A DNA stretch of 43,772 nucleotides from an uncultured bacterium. Lineage in GTDB: Bacteria > Cyanobacteriota > Cyanobacteriia > Cyanobacteriales > Cyanobacteriaceae. Shown here piece by piece: positions 18,086 to 28,816 of the stretch. The stretch is from assembly GCA_964634505.1 (NCBI GenBank), contig CAZWLZ010000001.1, positions 1-43,772 of the forward strand, given 5' to 3'. A program made the position numbers and the translations under genes. Every line of letters starts with the position of its first letter. Position 1 is the first letter of the stretch. The notes beneath the pieces were generated by a model. The model did not search any database. It was not told the origin of the DNA and worked only from the letters and a program-made list of their open reading frames with translations.

Positions 18086-18281
18086 TTTTATATTTATTAG
18101 AATTGTGGTAATGATTCGACTTGCCGCAAAAGAATAAAAGGCTAAATTGATTGTATTGTCAAAATTATAGCTTTGTTTCGTCTTGATATGGATAACAGGC
18201 ATGATGTCTGTTGCACTACTAAAACCTTCTACCTATAAACTTATATGATATTGTGATAAAAATTATTATTTATATTCAATT

Positions 18282-19415
18282 ATGTTAAAAAGACGTTCTA
18301 TACTTAAAACCCTTTCTCAAGGGGCGATCGCCACCACAGCCGTAGCTATAGTAAATGGTTGTCAATCAAGACAAAATGAATCAGTAAGTCAACAAACAGG
18401 GGGCGAAAACCTCCCAAATATTGAATGGCAAATGGCTACAAGTTGGCCTCTTTCTTTAGAAACTATTTTCGGAGGGGCGAAAGTCTTAGCTGAAAAAGTA
18501 GCTCTTTTAACAGGAGGAAAATTCAAAATTACTCCTCGTGCGGCAGGAGAAATTGCCCCTGGTTTGGAAGTTCTTGACGTAGTGTCTCAAGGTGCAGTTC
18601 AATGTGGACACACGGCAAGTTATTATTATATTGGGAAAAGTTCCGCTTTAGCATTTGGTACAAGTCTTCCTTTTGGTTTAACCGCACAACAACAAAACTC
18701 TTGGTTATATGAAGGGGAAGGCTTAACTCAATTAAGAGAAATTTATGCTAGTAAGTTTAATTTAATTCAATTTCCTTGTGGTAATACGGGTACTCAAATG
18801 GGGGGGTGGTTTCGCAAAGAAGTCAATACCATAAATGACCTCAAAGGCTTAAAAATGCGTATTCCAGGTTTAGGAGGTCAAGTTATGGCAAAATTAGGGG
18901 TAACAGTACAAACGTTGCCGGGTGGCGAAATTTTCCAAGCCTTACAAACAGGGGCGATCGATGCGGCTGAATGGGTAGGCCCTTATGATGATGAAAAATT
19001 AGGAATTAATAAAGTAGCAAAATTTTATTATTACCCTGGTTGGTGGGAACCAGGAGCTACCTTAGAATTACAAGTAAATCTCAGTGAATGGAATAAATTG
19101 CCTCCTTCATATCAAGCAGCCATTTCTACCGCCGCTTATGAATCAAATATGACTATGCTAGCCCGTTATGATTCCCTTAATAATGAGGCATTACAAAGAC
19201 TTTTAGCTAGTGGTACACAAGTAAAAGGATATAGTACAGAAATTTTAACCGCAGCGAAAGAAGCCTCTTTTGCTTTATATGAAGAGTTTGCAGCTAAAGA
19301 TGCTGATTTTAAAAAGATTTATACTCAGTGGCAAGAATTTCGTAATCGTATTTATGCTTGGCATAAACTTAATGAAAGTAGTTTCACTAATTTTGTTTAT
19401 TCACAATTAAAGTAA
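18282..19415 (+). CDS. TRAP-type transporter substrate-binding protein (DctP family) with a Tat-like signal and lipobox
   Basis: N-terminus MLKRRSILK...AVAIVNGC (RR motif; Cys27 in a lipobox-like context). The body has DctP-like motifs ([28 protein letters not shown]). Confidence 0.85.
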   Translation: MLKRRSILKTLSQGAIATTAVAIVNGCQSRQNESVSQQTGGENLPNIEWQMATSWPLSLETIFGGAKVLAEKVALLTGGKFKITPRAAGEIAPGLEVLDVVSQGAVQCGHTASYYYIGKSSALAFGTSLPFGLTAQQQNSWLYEGEGLTQLREIYASKFNLIQFPCGNTGTQMGGWFRKEVNTINDLKGLKMRIPGLGGQVMAKLGVTVQTLPGGEIFQALQTGAIDAAEWVGPYDDEKLGINKVAKFYYYPGWWEPGATLELQVNLSEWNKLPPSYQAAISTAAYESNMTMLARYDSLNNEALQRLLASGTQVKGYSTEILTAAKEASFALYEEFAAKDADFKKIYTQWQEFRNRIYAWHKLNESSFTNFVYSQLK

Positions 19416-19446
19416 TTGATAAAAAAAGTTATTAGATATTAAGTAT

Positions 19447-19561
19447 TATAGCAGTGGTCATTACTTTTAGGACATCTCCAAATTTTATAAACCATTCAAA
19501 GTAAGGATTTCATTTTTGAATTTTATCATAGAATGTCCTAATTGTCTTGAGCATTGCTATA
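19447..19561. repeat. Imperfect 29-nt inverted repeat (23/29 complementary) around a 57-nt loop; a ~115-nt hairpin-capable intergenic element
   Basis: The left arm TATAGCAGTGGTCATTACTTTTAGGACAT (19447-19475) pairs with ATGTCCTAATTGTCTTGAGCATTGCTATA (19533-19561). There is an inner 7-bp stem, ATTCAAA (19494-19500) / TTTGAAT (19515-19521). Confidence 0.5.
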
Positions 19562-19642
19562 GAAGAATAAAAAAAGAAATTCAAATTTTTCAGATCAGCT
19601 ATTAAGATTAAAATTAAGATAATAAATTCTAAATTCTAAATT

Positions 19643-21874
19643 ATGTCTCACCCTCTTTATGTTGCTTTCATTTGGCATCAACATCAACCCTTATATAAAT
19701 CTCGTGATATTCATCCTGATTATGGTGGCCAATATCGTTTACCTTGGGCTAGATTACATGGTACAAAAGATTATCTTGATTTAATTTTATTCTTAGATAA
19801 TTATCCCGAATTACATCAAACTGTTAATCTTGTACCTTCTTTAATTTTACAGTTGGAAGATTATGCAGATGGATCGGCGATCGATCCTTATTTGGCTTTA
19901 ACTTTGACTCCTGCTGAAACTTTAAACCGAAAACAAAAACAATATATTCTTGAGCATTTTTTTGACGCTAATCATCATACTATGATTGATCCGCATCCTC
20001 GTTATCGTCAATTATATGAACAAAAACAACATGAAGGTATCAGTTGGTGTTTACAAAATTGGAAAGTAGAAGATTATGCGGATTTATTAGCTTGGCATAA
20101 TTTAGCTTGGATTGATCCTATTTTTTGGGGTGATGATGAAATTAGCGGCTGGTTAGAAAAAGGAAAAGGTTTTAATTTAAGCGATCGCCAACGAATTTAC
20201 TCCAAACAAAAGGACATCATTTTTCAAATTATTCCTCAGCATAAAAAAATGCAAGATGAAGGACAACTAGAAATAATCACAAGTCCTTACACTCACCCCA
20301 TTTTACCCTTGCTAGCCCATAGTCAAGCAGGTAAAATTGCTGTACCCAATATGACTTTACCGGAAACCGCTTTTCAATGGGAAGAAGATATTGCCCGTCA
20401 TTTAGAGAAATCTTGGTATTTTTATCAAGAAAGATTTGGCATGAAACCTCGAGGATTATGGCCTAGCGAACAATCTGTTAGTCCTGAAATTTTGCCTTAT
20501 ATCAGCAAACAAGGCTTTAAATGGCTAGTTTCTGATGAAGCAGTTTTAGGTTGGAGTTTAAATCATTTTTTCCATCGAGATGAAATCGGTAATATCTATC
20601 AACCAGAACTTTTATATCGCCCTTACAAATTGAATACTGATTACGGTGATTTGGCGATCGTTTTTCGTGATCATCGACTTTCTGATTTAATTGGTTTTAC
20701 CTATGGCTCAATGAAACCAGATCAAGCAGCAGCCGATTTAGTAGGACATTTAGAAGCTATTAATCGTAATTATCAACATCATCATAATGATCAACCTTGG
20801 TTAGTCACCATCGCCTTAGATGGAGAAAATTGTTGGGAATTTTATGAAAAAGACGGCAAACCCTTTTTAGAATCACTCTATCATCGATTAGCAGGAGAAA
20901 CAGATATTAAATTAGTTACCGTCTCCGAATTTTTAGATAAATTTCCTCCTACTGCCACTATTGATAGCCATAAACTCCATAGCGGCTCTTGGGTTGACGG
21001 TAATTTTACTACTTGGATTGGCGATCGCCATAAAAATAAAGCATGGAGTTACTTATTAGCAGCCAGAGAAACTCTAGCAAAACACCCCGAAGCCACAGAA
21101 AAAAACAACCCAGAAGCATGGGAAGCCTTATACGCAGCCGAAGGATCAGATTGGTTTTGGTGGTTTGGCGAACCCCATCACTCCAACCACGATGAAATCT
21201 TCGATCAACTATTCAGAGAACATTTAATCACAATTTATAAAGCATTAAATGAACCAATTCCTAGCTATTTAAAACACCCCTTAGAAATACATCAAGCACA
21301 AAAAAATGATCACAACCCTCAAGGATTTATTCACCCCATCATCAATGGGCTATTAGACGAACAAGATTGGGAAAAGGCTGGAAAAATCGAAATAGGCGGA
21401 TCAAGAGGTACAATGCACCGTAATAGTATCGTTCCACGCTTATTTTACGGTTGGGATCACCTTAACTTTTATTTTCGTTTTGACATCCAAGAAGGGATAA
21501 AAATAAATCAAGGTTTCCCCTCAGAAATTCATCTATATTGGTTTTACCCTAATCTTAGTGGCATAAATTCCCCAATTCCTTTGATAAATTTACCAGATCA
21601 AGCACCAATTAATTATTTTTATCGTTATCATCTAGGAATTAACTTAGTAACCAAAACATTTTGGTTGGAAGAAGCAGGAACAGATTATCATTGGTATGCT
21701 CGTAATTGTCATGCAGAAATTGGAATAAATCAATGTATTGAAATAGGAATACCTTGGTCAGATTTACATATATTCCCAGACTCAGAAATGCAATTAACAA
21801 TTATTTTGGCTGAAAAAGGCGAATTTAAACAATATTTACCAGAAAATACCTTAATTCGTTTACAAGTACCTTAA
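19643..21874 (+). CDS. Glycoside hydrolase family 57 protein (alpha-glucan-active enzyme)
   Basis: All five GH57 conserved regions are present: HQHQPLY, GQLEIITSPYTHPILP, LWPSEQSVS, ALDGENCWE, AAEGSDWFWWFG. Length 743 aa. The stop lies 12 nt before the palindrome axis. Confidence 0.9.
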   Translation: MSHPLYVAFIWHQHQPLYKSRDIHPDYGGQYRLPWARLHGTKDYLDLILFLDNYPELHQTVNLVPSLILQLEDYADGSAIDPYLALTLTPAETLNRKQKQYILEHFFDANHHTMIDPHPRYRQLYEQKQHEGISWCLQNWKVEDYADLLAWHNLAWIDPIFWGDDEISGWLEKGKGFNLSDRQRIYSKQKDIIFQIIPQHKKMQDEGQLEIITSPYTHPILPLLAHSQAGKIAVPNMTLPETAFQWEEDIARHLEKSWYFYQERFGMKPRGLWPSEQSVSPEILPYISKQGFKWLVSDEAVLGWSLNHFFHRDEIGNIYQPELLYRPYKLNTDYGDLAIVFRDHRLSDLIGFTYGSMKPDQAAADLVGHLEAINRNYQHHHNDQPWLVTIALDGENCWEFYEKDGKPFLESLYHRLAGETDIKLVTVSEFLDKFPPTATIDSHKLHSGSWVDGNFTTWIGDRHKNKAWSYLLAARETLAKHPEATEKNNPEAWEALYAAEGSDWFWWFGEPHHSNHDEIFDQLFREHLITIYKALNEPIPSYLKHPLEIHQAQKNDHNPQGFIHPIINGLLDEQDWEKAGKIEIGGSRGTMHRNSIVPRLFYGWDHLNFYFRFDIQEGIKINQGFPSEIHLYWFYPNLSGINSPIPLINLPDQAPINYFYRYHLGINLVTKTFWLEEAGTDYHWYARNCHAEIGINQCIEIGIPWSDLHIFPDSEMQLTIILAEKGEFKQYLPENTLIRLQVP

Positions 21875-21898
21875 ATTAATAATTTATAAATTATTAAT

Positions 21899-24130
21899 TT
21901 AAGGTACTTGTAAACGAATTAAGGTATTTTCTGGTAAATATTGTTTAAATTCGCCTTTTTCAGCCAAAATAATTGTTAATTGCATTTCTGAGTCTGGGAA
22001 TATATGTAAATCTGACCAAGGTATTCCTATTTCAATACATTGATTTATTCCAATTTCTGCATGACAATTACGAGCATACCAATGATAATCTGTTCCTGCT
22101 TCTTCCAACCAAAATGTTTTGGTTACTAAGTTAATTCCTAGATGATAACGATAAAAATAATTAATTGGTGCTTGATCTGGTAAATTTATCAAAGGAATTG
22201 GGGAATTTATGCCACTAAGATTAGGGTAAAACCAATATAGATGAATTTCTGAGGGGAAACCTTGATTTATTTTTATCCCTTCTTGGATGTCAAAACGAAA
22301 ATAAAAGTTAAGGTGATCCCAACCGTAAAATAAGCGTGGAACGATACTATTACGGTGCATTGTACCTCTTGATCCGCCTATTTCGATTTTTCCAGCCTTT
22401 TCCCAATCTTGTTCGTCTAATAGCCCATTGATGATGGGGTGAATAAATCCTTGAGGGTTGTGATCATTTTTTTGTGCTTGATGTATTTCTAAGGGGTGTT
22501 TTAAATAGCTAGGAATTGGTTCATTTAATGCTTTATAAATTGTGATTAAATGTTCTCTGAATAGTTGATCGAAGATTTCATCGTGGTTGGAGTGATGGGG
22601 TTCGCCAAACCACCAAAACCAATCTGATCCTTCGGCTGCGTATAAGGCTTCCCATGCTTCTGGGTTGTTTTTTTCTGTGGCTTCGGGGTGTTTTGCTAGA
22701 GTTTCTCTGGCTGCTAATAAGTAACTCCATGCTTTATTTTTATGGCGATCGCCAATCCAAGTAGTAAAATTACCGTCAACCCAAGAGCCGCTATGGAGTT
22801 TATGGCTATCAATAGTGGCAGTAGGAGGAAATTTATCTAAAAATTCGGAGACGGTAACTAATTTAATATCTGTTTCTCCTGCTAATCGATGATAGAGTGA
22901 TTCTAAAAAGGGTTTGCCGTCTTTTTCATAAAATTCCCAACAATTTTCTCCATCTAAGGCGATGGTGACTAACCAAGGTTGATCATTATGATGATGTTGA
23001 TAATTACGATTAATAGCTTCTAAATGTCCTACTAAATCGGCTGCTGCTTGATCTGGTTTCATTGAGCCATAGGTAAAACCAATTAAATCAGAAAGTCGAT
23101 GATCACGAAAAACGATCGCCAAATCACCGTAATCAGTATTCAATTTGTAAGGGCGATATAAAAGTTCTGGTTGATAGATATTACCGATTTCATCTCGATG
23201 GAAAAAATGATTTAAACTCCAACCTAAAACTGCTTCATCAGAAACTAGCCATTTAAAGCCTTGTTTGCTGATATAAGGCAAAATTTCAGGACTAACAGAT
23301 TGTTCGCTAGGCCATAATCCTCGAGGTTTCATGCCAAATCTTTCTTGATAAAAATACCAAGATTTCTCTAAATGACGGGCAATATCTTCTTCCCATTGAA
23401 AAGCGGTTTCCGGTAAAGTCATATTGGGTACAGCAATTTTACCTGCTTGACTATGGGCTAGCAAGGGTAAAATGGGGTGAGTGTAAGGACTTGTGATTAT
23501 TTCTAGTTGTCCTTCATCTTGCATTTTTTTATGCTGAGGAATAATTTGAAAAATGATGTCCTTTTGTTTGGAGTAAATTCGTTGGCGATCGCTTAAATTA
23601 AAACCTTTTCCTTTTTCTAACCAGCCGCTAATTTCATCATCACCCCAAAAAATAGGATCAATCCAAGCTAAATTATGCCAAGCTAATAAATCCGCATAAT
23701 CTTCTACTTTCCAATTTTGTAAACACCAACTGATACCTTCATGTTGTTTTTGTTCATATAATTGACGATAACGAGGATGCGGATCAATCATAGTATGATG
23801 ATTAGCGTCAAAAAAATGCTCAAGAATATATTGTTTTTGTTTTCGGTTTAAAGTTTCAGCAGGAGTCAAAGTTAAAGCCAAATAAGGATCGATCGCCGAT
23901 CCATCTGCATAATCTTCCAACTGTAAAATTAAAGAAGGTACAAGATTAACAGTTTGATGTAATTCGGGATAATTATCTAAGAATAAAATTAAATCAAGAT
24001 AATCTTTTGTACCATGTAATCTAGCCCAAGGTAAACGATATTGGCCACCATAATCAGGATGAATATCACGAGATTTATATAAGGGTTGATGTTGATGCCA
24101 AATGAAAGCAACATAAAGAGGGTGAGACAT
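21899..24130 (-). CDS. GH57 protein (mirror copy of 19643..21874)
   Basis: Exact mirror: the coordinates sum to 43773 and the 743-aa protein is identical. Confidence 0.9.
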   Translation of the reverse strand: MSHPLYVAFIWHQHQPLYKSRDIHPDYGGQYRLPWARLHGTKDYLDLILFLDNYPELHQTVNLVPSLILQLEDYADGSAIDPYLALTLTPAETLNRKQKQYILEHFFDANHHTMIDPHPRYRQLYEQKQHEGISWCLQNWKVEDYADLLAWHNLAWIDPIFWGDDEISGWLEKGKGFNLSDRQRIYSKQKDIIFQIIPQHKKMQDEGQLEIITSPYTHPILPLLAHSQAGKIAVPNMTLPETAFQWEEDIARHLEKSWYFYQERFGMKPRGLWPSEQSVSPEILPYISKQGFKWLVSDEAVLGWSLNHFFHRDEIGNIYQPELLYRPYKLNTDYGDLAIVFRDHRLSDLIGFTYGSMKPDQAAADLVGHLEAINRNYQHHHNDQPWLVTIALDGENCWEFYEKDGKPFLESLYHRLAGETDIKLVTVSEFLDKFPPTATIDSHKLHSGSWVDGNFTTWIGDRHKNKAWSYLLAARETLAKHPEATEKNNPEAWEALYAAEGSDWFWWFGEPHHSNHDEIFDQLFREHLITIYKALNEPIPSYLKHPLEIHQAQKNDHNPQGFIHPIINGLLDEQDWEKAGKIEIGGSRGTMHRNSIVPRLFYGWDHLNFYFRFDIQEGIKINQGFPSEIHLYWFYPNLSGINSPIPLINLPDQAPINYFYRYHLGINLVTKTFWLEEAGTDYHWYARNCHAEIGINQCIEIGIPWSDLHIFPDSEMQLTIILAEKGEFKQYLPENTLIRLQVP

Positions 24131-24211
24131 AATTTAGAATTTAGAATTTATTATCTTAATTTTAATCTTAATAGCTGATCTGAAAAATTTGAATTTCTTT
24201 TTTTATTCTTC

Positions 24212-24326
24212 TATAGCAATGCTCAAGACAATTAGGACATTCTATGATAAAATTCAAAAATGAAATCCTTACTTTGAATGGTTTATAAAATTTGGAGATG
24301 TCCTAAAAGTAATGACCACTGCTATA
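24212..24326. repeat. Hairpin-capable intergenic inverted repeat (mirror copy of 19447..19561)
   Basis: Mirror coordinates of the left-arm element. Confidence 0.5.
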
Positions 24327-24357
24327 ATACTTAATATCTAATAACTTTTTTTATCAA

Positions 24358-25491
24358 TTACTTTAATTGTGAATAAACAAAATTAGTGAAACTACTTTCA
24401 TTAAGTTTATGCCAAGCATAAATACGATTACGAAATTCTTGCCACTGAGTATAAATCTTTTTAAAATCAGCATCTTTAGCTGCAAACTCTTCATATAAAG
24501 CAAAAGAGGCTTCTTTCGCTGCGGTTAAAATTTCTGTACTATATCCTTTTACTTGTGTACCACTAGCTAAAAGTCTTTGTAATGCCTCATTATTAAGGGA
24601 ATCATAACGGGCTAGCATAGTCATATTTGATTCATAAGCGGCGGTAGAAATGGCTGCTTGATATGAAGGAGGCAATTTATTCCATTCACTGAGATTTACT
24701 TGTAATTCTAAGGTAGCTCCTGGTTCCCACCAACCAGGGTAATAATAAAATTTTGCTACTTTATTAATTCCTAATTTTTCATCATCATAAGGGCCTACCC
24801 ATTCAGCCGCATCGATCGCCCCTGTTTGTAAGGCTTGGAAAATTTCGCCACCCGGCAACGTTTGTACTGTTACCCCTAATTTTGCCATAACTTGACCTCC
24901 TAAACCTGGAATACGCATTTTTAAGCCTTTGAGGTCATTTATGGTATTGACTTCTTTGCGAAACCACCCCCCCATTTGAGTACCCGTATTACCACAAGGA
25001 AATTGAATTAAATTAAACTTACTAGCATAAATTTCTCTTAATTGAGTTAAGCCTTCCCCTTCATATAACCAAGAGTTTTGTTGTTGTGCGGTTAAACCAA
25101 AAGGAAGACTTGTACCAAATGCTAAAGCGGAACTTTTCCCAATATAATAATAACTTGCCGTGTGTCCACATTGAACTGCACCTTGAGACACTACGTCAAG
25201 AACTTCCAAACCAGGGGCAATTTCTCCTGCCGCACGAGGAGTAATTTTGAATTTTCCTCCTGTTAAAAGAGCTACTTTTTCAGCTAAGACTTTCGCCCCT
25301 CCGAAAATAGTTTCTAAAGAAAGAGGCCAACTTGTAGCCATTTGCCATTCAATATTTGGGAGGTTTTCGCCCCCTGTTTGTTGACTTACTGATTCATTTT
25401 GTCTTGATTGACAACCATTTACTATAGCTACGGCTGTGGTGGCGATCGCCCCTTGAGAAAGGGTTTTAAGTATAGAACGTCTTTTTAACAT
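24358..25491 (-). CDS. TRAP substrate-binding lipoprotein (mirror copy of 18282..19415)
   Basis: Exact mirror; identical 377-aa protein. Confidence 0.85.
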   Translation of the reverse strand: MLKRRSILKTLSQGAIATTAVAIVNGCQSRQNESVSQQTGGENLPNIEWQMATSWPLSLETIFGGAKVLAEKVALLTGGKFKITPRAAGEIAPGLEVLDVVSQGAVQCGHTASYYYIGKSSALAFGTSLPFGLTAQQQNSWLYEGEGLTQLREIYASKFNLIQFPCGNTGTQMGGWFRKEVNTINDLKGLKMRIPGLGGQVMAKLGVTVQTLPGGEIFQALQTGAIDAAEWVGPYDDEKLGINKVAKFYYYPGWWEPGATLELQVNLSEWNKLPPSYQAAISTAAYESNMTMLARYDSLNNEALQRLLASGTQVKGYSTEILTAAKEASFALYEEFAAKDADFKKIYTQWQEFRNRIYAWHKLNESSFTNFVYSQLK

Positions 25492-25687
25492 AATTGAATA
25501 TAAATAATAATTTTTATCACAATATCATATAAGTTTATAGGTAGAAGGTTTTAGTAGTGCAACAGACATCATGCCTGTTATCCATATCAAGACGAAACAA
25601 AGCTATAATTTTGACAATACAATCAATTTAGCCTTTTATTCTTTTGCGGCAAGTCGAATCATTACCACAATTCTAATAAATATAAAA

Positions 25688-26404
25688 ATGAAATTTAAAG
25701 CAAAAACTGAAATTATTAGCAATATCTTAAATCCAGCTTTAAAACTTTGGTTAAAATCACAATTAGATCATGTCGATGATTTAAAAATAAAAATTTCAGC
25801 TACTGATAATCAACTATTAAAAGGAAAAATAAATCAAGTTTTTTTAGATACAAATTCAGCAATTTATCAAGGTATTTATGTTAGAAAAGTATTAATTCAA
25901 ACAGAGAATATCGCTATTAATATCGGAGAAATAGTAAGAGGAAAATCCTTAAAACTATTACAACCAATTTTTGTAAATGGTGAATTAAAAACGACAGAAC
26001 AAGACTTAAATAACTCTTTAAACTCTGATTTATTATCTCAAGGTTTAACAGATTTAGTTAATCTTTTTCTAAGTGTAAATAACAAAAATAATGGTGATTT
26101 TATCTTAGAAAATAATCAAATAAAATGGGAAAAATTAACCATAGCTAATCAAAAATTTAATTTAATTGGTAATTTTGTTGATTCAGAAAATAGCCAAACA
26201 AAATTAATTATCAAATGTGGATTAGCACTAGAAAACCCGCATACTTTATTACTAAATCCAGTTTATATCGAAGGAATACCAACGATAGACAATTTTATTT
26301 TAAATAATTTTACCGTTGATTTAGGTGATCAAGTGGAATTAGATCAAATAAATCTATCCTCTCAAGAATTACATTGTATGGGGAAAGTTCAAATTAAGAC
26401 TTAA
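25688..26404 (+). CDS. DUF2993-like hypothetical protein (mirror copy of 17369..18085)
   Basis: Exact mirror; ATG at 25688-25690 was read directly. Confidence 0.55.
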   Translation: MKFKAKTEIISNILNPALKLWLKSQLDHVDDLKIKISATDNQLLKGKINQVFLDTNSAIYQGIYVRKVLIQTENIAINIGEIVRGKSLKLLQPIFVNGELKTTEQDLNNSLNSDLLSQGLTDLVNLFLSVNNKNNGDFILENNQIKWEKLTIANQKFNLIGNFVDSENSQTKLIIKCGLALENPHTLLLNPVYIEGIPTIDNFILNNFTVDLGDQVELDQINLSSQELHCMGKVQIKT

Positions 26405-26491
26405 ACAACAATTTTGTTGCTAAATTAACCATCAATTGCCATAATACATTAAAGGAATATTGAAAAACTAAAGAAATATCTATTTATAATA

Positions 26492-27262
26492 ATGAGTGAA
26501 ACTATATTATCTATTCGTAATTTAACTGCTAATGTCGAAGGCAACCCTATTTTAAAAGGAGTTAATTTGGAAATAAAAGCCGGAGAAATTCATGCTATCA
26601 TGGGGCGTAATGGTTCAGGGAAAAGCACTTTTTCTAAGGTTTTAACAGGGCATCCTGATTATGAGGTGACGGGAGGCGAAATCCTTTATCAAGGGGAGAA
26701 TATTCTCGAATTAGAGCCAGATCAGAGAGCTTTAAAAGGTATCTTCTTAGCCTTTCAATATCCTTTAGAAATACCCGGAGTAAGTAATTTAGATTTTTTG
26801 CGAGTTGCCTATAATGCCCGTCAAAAATATCAAGGTTTAGAGGAAATAGATATTTTTGATTTTGAGGATTTGGTACAAGAAAAGTTGGAAATTGTCAAGA
26901 TGAATCCTTCTTTTTTAGAACGAAGTTTAAATGAAGGTTTTTCTGGTGGTGAAAAAAAACGTAACGAAATTTTACAAATGGCTTTACTTCAGCCAACTTT
27001 AGGCATTTTAGACGAAATCGATTCGGGTTTAGATATTGATGCTTTGCGTATTGTGTCGGAAGGGGTTAATCAATTACGCACCGAAAATAACGCTTTTTTA
27101 CTTATAACTCATTATCAACGCTTGCTTGATTATATTCAACCAGATTTTGTTCATGTTATGTATGATGGCAAAATTGTTTTAAGTGGTGACAAAGAATTAG
27201 CTTTAGAATTAGAAGCTAAAGGTTATGAATTTTTAGAAGAAAAAGAATTAGTTAATAATTAA
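26492..27262 (+). CDS. sufC: SufC ATPase (mirror copy of 16511..17281)
   Basis: Exact mirror; identical 256-aa protein. Confidence 0.95.
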   Translation: MSETILSIRNLTANVEGNPILKGVNLEIKAGEIHAIMGRNGSGKSTFSKVLTGHPDYEVTGGEILYQGENILELEPDQRALKGIFLAFQYPLEIPGVSNLDFLRVAYNARQKYQGLEEIDIFDFEDLVQEKLEIVKMNPSFLERSLNEGFSGGEKKRNEILQMALLQPTLGILDEIDSGLDIDALRIVSEGVNQLRTENNAFLLITHYQRLLDYIQPDFVHVMYDGKIVLSGDKELALELEAKGYEFLEEKELVNN

Positions 27263-27442
27263 TAATTTTAAGTAATTGATATTTTAATAGTCCTTATTTA
27301 ATTAATCAAATAATATTATAATTAATACTTACTTTTATTTTTTTTAATCAATTTGAGATTACTTATTATCAATTTTTCAAAATTATTAATTATCTCAAGA
27401 TATTTATATATGTAAATTTTATTATAAATTTTAGTAAAAAAA

Positions 27443-28816
27443 ATGACAAATACGATTGCCACTTTTAAGCCTTTAAATATTAATATAAAAGATAATAATT
27501 TTAAAGCAAATTTATTACAACAAGCAGAAAATCAACCTTATCTTGTGGAGGGTAAAATCGGCGAATTAATTAAAAATATTCGTCACAAAACAGCAAATAA
27601 TGTAGTTACTACTAATTTTCCTGATACAAAACAGGAAGATTGGCGTTTTACGGACTTATCAGAATTACAAACACAAGATTTATCCATAGCAAACAAAGAA
27701 ACCATTGATGACTTTACCTTAAACGGTTTTATCCTTCCAGAAGCAATTAATACTCGCCTAGTTTTTGTTAACGGAATTTATGCACCAGAATTATCTGATA
27801 TTAGTTCAATTCCTCAAGGAATTTATGTCGGTAACTTAAGTAAGTTACCTCAATTTTTGAACGAAAAAATTAGTAAATTCTTAATAAATAATCAACCAGA
27901 AAATGAGTTTTTTACTAATCTTAATAGTGCTGGAATTAATGACTATGCAATAATTTATGCCGAAAAAAATATAGAATTTAAAACTCCTATTCATCTATTA
28001 AATTTAACGGTAAGAAATAAATATAATAGTTTTTCACAACCTCGAATTTTAATAATAGCAGAAGACAATTCTAACTTAAATATAGTAGAATATTACGGCG
28101 CAGTAACAAAAGGTTGTTCAGATTCTGCTCGGCAACAATACTATTTTAATAATGTAGTAACGGAAATTTATTTACAAGATAATACAACCATAAATCATAG
28201 TCGTATTCAGAGAGAATCAGGAGACGGTTTTCACATAGCTAAAACCTCTGTAAATCAGATGGCAAATAGTAATTATACGATTAATGAAATTAGTTTAGGT
28301 GGTAAATTTTATCGCCATAACTTGCACATTCAACAACAAGGAATCCAAACAGAAACAACCTTAAATGGTTTTACTATGGTACAAGGTAAACAATTTGCTG
28401 ATACCCATAGCATCGTTAATTTAAGCCAACCTCATGGCACAATTAAGCAATTACATAAATATATTTTAGATGATAGTGCGAGAGGAGTTTTTAATGGTAA
28501 AATTTATGTGCCAAAAAATGCCCAATTAACTAATGCTTCTCAACTAAATCGGAATTTATTGTTATCATCAAAAGCGAGAATTAATACAAAACCAGAGTTA
28601 CAAATTACCGCCGATAATGTTAAATGTTCTCATGGTGCTACCGTTAGTCAACTAGAAGCCGATGAAATCTTTTATTTGCGTAGTCGAGGCTTAAATGAAT
28701 ATGATGCTCGTCATTTATTATTAGATGCTTTTGCGGGGGAAATGTTAGATAAATTACCTTTAAAATCATTGCAACAAAGATTAACTCAATGTGTTGCTTG
28801 TCGAACTTTAGATTAA
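27443..28816 (+). CDS. sufD: SufD (mirror copy of 14957..16330)
   Basis: Exact mirror; identical 457-aa protein. Confidence 0.9.
   Translation: MTNTIATFKPLNINIKDNNFKANLLQQAENQPYLVEGKIGELIKNIRHKTANNVVTTNFPDTKQEDWRFTDLSELQTQDLSIANKETIDDFTLNGFILPEAINTRLVFVNGIYAPELSDISSIPQGIYVGNLSKLPQFLNEKISKFLINNQPENEFFTNLNSAGINDYAIIYAEKNIEFKTPIHLLNLTVRNKYNSFSQPRILIIAEDNSNLNIVEYYGAVTKGCSDSARQQYYFNNVVTEIYLQDNTTINHSRIQRESGDGFHIAKTSVNQMANSNYTINEISLGGKFYRHNLHIQQQGIQTETTLNGFTMVQGKQFADTHSIVNLSQPHGTIKQLHKYILDDSARGVFNGKIYVPKNAQLTNASQLNRNLLLSSKARINTKPELQITADNVKCSHGATVSQLEADEIFYLRSRGLNEYDARHLLLDAFAGEMLDKLPLKSLQQRLTQCVACRTLD

Larger units (their letters stand above)
1..21886. repeat. Left arm of a window-spanning, spacer-less perfect inverted repeat (palindrome), 21,886 bp
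   Basis: All ORF-track entries pair as a..b / 43773-b..43773-a with identical proteins. The first ~59 nt are the reverse complement of the last ~59 nt. The centre reads AATTTA|TAAATT at 21881-21892. The intergenic stretch 19416-19442 is mirrored at 24331-24357. Confidence 0.97.

Noticed and set aside
17369-18202. Full 277-aa version of the DUF2993-like ORF starting at 18202
   Set aside because: The first 39 residues (MPVIHIKTKQSYNFDNTINLAFYSFAASRIITTILINIK) look non-conserved. The internal ATG at 18085 gives an N-terminus typical of the family. This is not proven.
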